Source of the DNA: Thermoplasmatales archaeon UBA447 | GTDB taxonomy: Archaea; Thermoplasmatota; Thermoplasmata; Thermoplasmatales; Thermoplasmataceae | Length of the DNA stretch: 64,000 nt | Direction: 5' to 3' | NCBI GenBank assembly: GCA_002503205.1 | Contig: DARE01000053.1 | Coordinates: forward strand, 17,305-81,304 | Part shown: one piece after another, positions 61,884 through 64,000 of the stretch | Layout of the letters: every line of letters starts with the position of its first letter | Position numbering within the stretch: position 1 is the first letter of the stretch | Translations under genes and position numbers: made by a program | The notes under the pieces: model-generated | What the model was told of the DNA's origin: nothing | The model's input: only the letters and a program-made list of their open reading frames with translations | The model's database searches: none

Positions 61884-63281
61884 TCAGTAAGGTGTTGAAG
61901 CCGTGGCTACTCGTCCATCTTTTCCACAAATAAGGCATTTACCTTTGTTCTCATTCTCCTTCTGCATGCCAAGAACAGTTTTTCCTGTTTCACCCTCAAT
62001 CCTGTCAGAACATTCCTTTGAGCCACACCAGTAGAATCTGAACATTGTCTCGCCTTTTTTCATTATTTCCAGGGAATTCCCGTCTTCTATGCTTCTTTCA
62101 AAATGCTCGAATGCCCGGCGGCGCAGTTCCTCTTTCAATGAGGCAAGTGCCCTTGAAGCCTCTGAAGGGAGGTCATCAATGCGGCACTTTATCCTGTCCC
62201 CACCAGTTCTCAGCCTCATGGTGATTTTATTATCCCTTACCTCTCTTCCGCCAATTTCTATCCTTAATGGCACACCTTTCATTTCCCACTCATTGAATTT
62301 GAAACCTGGTGTGTAATTGTCCCTGTTGTCTATGTGGACTCTGAAACCCTCAGCGGAGAGGATCTGGCTTACCCTGCTGCAGTATGAGTCAGTGTCAGCG
62401 CCCTCTGAAGGAATTGGGATTATGACGATCTGAACGGGAGCAATGGATGGCGGGAATATCAGTCCAGTATCATCCCCATGAATTCCGATGACAGCTGCAA
62501 GGAGGCGCTCGCTGAGTCCGAAAGTTGTCTGTGAGACATAGGAGTGTGTGCCATCCTCCTTAAGGTATTCAATGCCGTAATTTCTCGAAAAGTTCTCACC
62601 ATACTGATGAATTGTGCCTATCTGAAGGCTTCTTCCTCCGGGCATTGCTGTGTCAAATGCAAGTGTGTACATTGCTCCGGGGAACTTGTCCCAGTCTGGT
62701 CTCTGATCAACAACAAATGGAAGACACAGTTCGCTGCTTATTTGGTCCCATATCTGCCTGTATTCAACCATCTGTTTCTCAGCAGAATCATAATCAGTGT
62801 GGGCAGTATGTGCCTCGAAGAAGTGAATTTCCCGTATTCTGATGAATGTCCTTGTATGTTTTGTCTCATATCTGTATACACTGACGATCTGGTAAATCTT
62901 CAGTGGCAGATCAGTATGAGCTCTTACCCAGAGCTGAAACATGCCATACATGGCCGCCTCACTGGTTGGCCTGAGGGCCATTTCCACTTCCAGGGGTTCT
63001 CTGCCCCCACGGGTTACCCAGTAGACCTCGTTTTCAAAGCCCTTGACATGCTCAAATTCGATACTTAACTGGTCCCTGGTAATAAGTACAGGGAACTGCA
63101 CCTCCTGAAAGCCCGAGATATCCACATTATCCCTTATAATGCGGTCTATTCCTTTCATAACCTTAAGCCCATATGGGAGCCATACATTCATCCCTTTTAT
63201 GGGGTACCGCTTATCGCTAAGCCCGCTCAGATCTATGATTTCATTGTACCAGGAGCTGAAGTCACTCTTCTTGTTCTCCAT
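61884..63281 (-). CDS. proS: Proline--tRNA ligase (archaeal type)
   Basis: LRPTSE, RYETK, FFEAHT, C-terminal Tyr. Confidence 0.96.
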   Translation of the reverse strand: MENKKSDFSSWYNEIIDLSGLSDKRYPIKGMNVWLPYGLKVMKGIDRIIRDNVDISGFQEVQFPVLITRDQLSIEFEHVKGFENEVYWVTRGGREPLEVEMALRPTSEAAMYGMFQLWVRAHTDLPLKIYQIVSVYRYETKHTRTFIRIREIHFFEAHTAHTDYDSAEKQMVEYRQIWDQISSELCLPFVVDQRPDWDKFPGAMYTLAFDTAMPGGRSLQIGTIHQYGENFSRNYGIEYLKEDGTHSYVSQTTFGLSERLLAAVIGIHGDDTGLIFPPSIAPVQIVIIPIPSEGADTDSYCSRVSQILSAEGFRVHIDNRDNYTPGFKFNEWEMKGVPLRIEIGGREVRDNKITMRLRTGGDRIKCRIDDLPSEASRALASLKEELRRRAFEHFERSIEDGNSLEIMKKGETMFRFYWCGSKECSDRIEGETGKTVLGMQKENENKGKCLICGKDGRVATASTPY

Positions 63282-63483
63282 TCACAGCCATAACTCCGTT
63301 TTTTTAATTAATCTTTCACTATAGCTTGTTTTACAAATTCAGGCATGGGAAAGGAAAATGGGAAAACATTCCACTGAAATATAAATGAAAAGGATATGAA
63401 CAGGCTTATGAAAAGTCAGGACTGACTTAATTGTGAAATTAAAATCACGAAGCAATTATAAACAAATCCTCATTATGTACTCT

Positions 63484-64000
63484 ATGAATCAGTTAGAAAC
63501 TACGGATGACAGTGAATTCATCATTGAGTTGGCAAAGAGGATAATTCCAGTTCAGGCGATATCTCCAGAGTCAGGAGGTGAAGGTGAAGGCAAGAGAGCT
63601 GATGTCCTGATGGAGATACTCTCCGAGATGGGCATCAGGAATGTCAACAGGTACGAAACAAAGGATTCACATAACGTTGCCAGGCCAAGCCTTGTAGTGA
63701 AGGAGGGAAACCAGGACAGGACATTCTGGATTATTGCCCACATTGATACAGTACCAGTTGGAAACCGTTCTCTCTGGACTTTTGATCCATTTCAGCCTAC
63801 AGTAAAGGGGGATCGCATTTATGGCCGTGGCACATCTGATAATGGGCAGGCAGTTTTCCTGTCACTGCTACTTCTCAAAAAGCTTAGAAAAACTGACCTG
63901 AAGTACAATCTCGGCATAGTTTTCGTTGCCGATGAGGAAGTCGGTAGCAAGTACGGAATAGATTTTCTTCTCGACAAAGGGCTCTTCTCCAAGAATGATC
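63484..64000 (+). CDS. M20 metallopeptidase (DapE/ArgE-like), 3' truncated
   Basis: Manual translation: AHIDTVP, YGRGTSDNG, ADEE. Confidence 0.9.
   Translation, partial: MNQLETTDDSEFIIELAKRIIPVQAISPESGGEGEGKRADVLMEILSEMGIRNVNRYETKDSHNVARPSLVVKEGNQDRTFWIIAHIDTVPVGNRSLWTFDPFQPTVKGDRIYGRGTSDNGQAVFLSLLLLKKLRKTDLKYNLGIVFVADEEVGSKYGIDFLLDKGLFSKND

Noticed and set aside
63552-63743. 63-aa minus-strand ORF
   Set aside because: Antisense to the truncated M20 peptidase

Overview
64 kb of ordinary chromosomal backbone from an archaeon. The gene set and leaderless/TATA-box organisation point to Thermoplasmatales (my inference). Core information-processing genes: two divergent tfb paralogues, gar1, pcc1, rpl7ae-rps28e-rpl24e-ndk-infB, elp3, smc-scpA, tyrS, fen-radB, proS, tRNA-Leu(CAA), tRNA-Arg(CCG). 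Metabolic and transport genes: many MFS transporters, thrB-metB, P450, Gdh/KDG aldolase-like, kdpFABC, cydAB, lipB, speD. I see no CRISPR array, rRNA or intact mobile element. Three loci stand out. (1) A Cas4-like Fe-S nuclease split into two translationally coupled, membrane-anchored proteins sits inside the smc-scpA operon, where scpB might be expected. (2) An intact IS481-like transposase that appears catalytically dead is divergent from an orphan archaellin, and an ATTTCGC motif is shared by the archaellin promoter and the transposase 3' end. (3) A gene pair resembles the cyanobacterial 2-oxoglutarate decarboxylase/SSADH bypass. Three small genes absent from the ORF track were also found: a 28-aa Cys/His microprotein, kdpF and an AbrB-like gene. 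All family calls are from motif recognition; no database searches were run.
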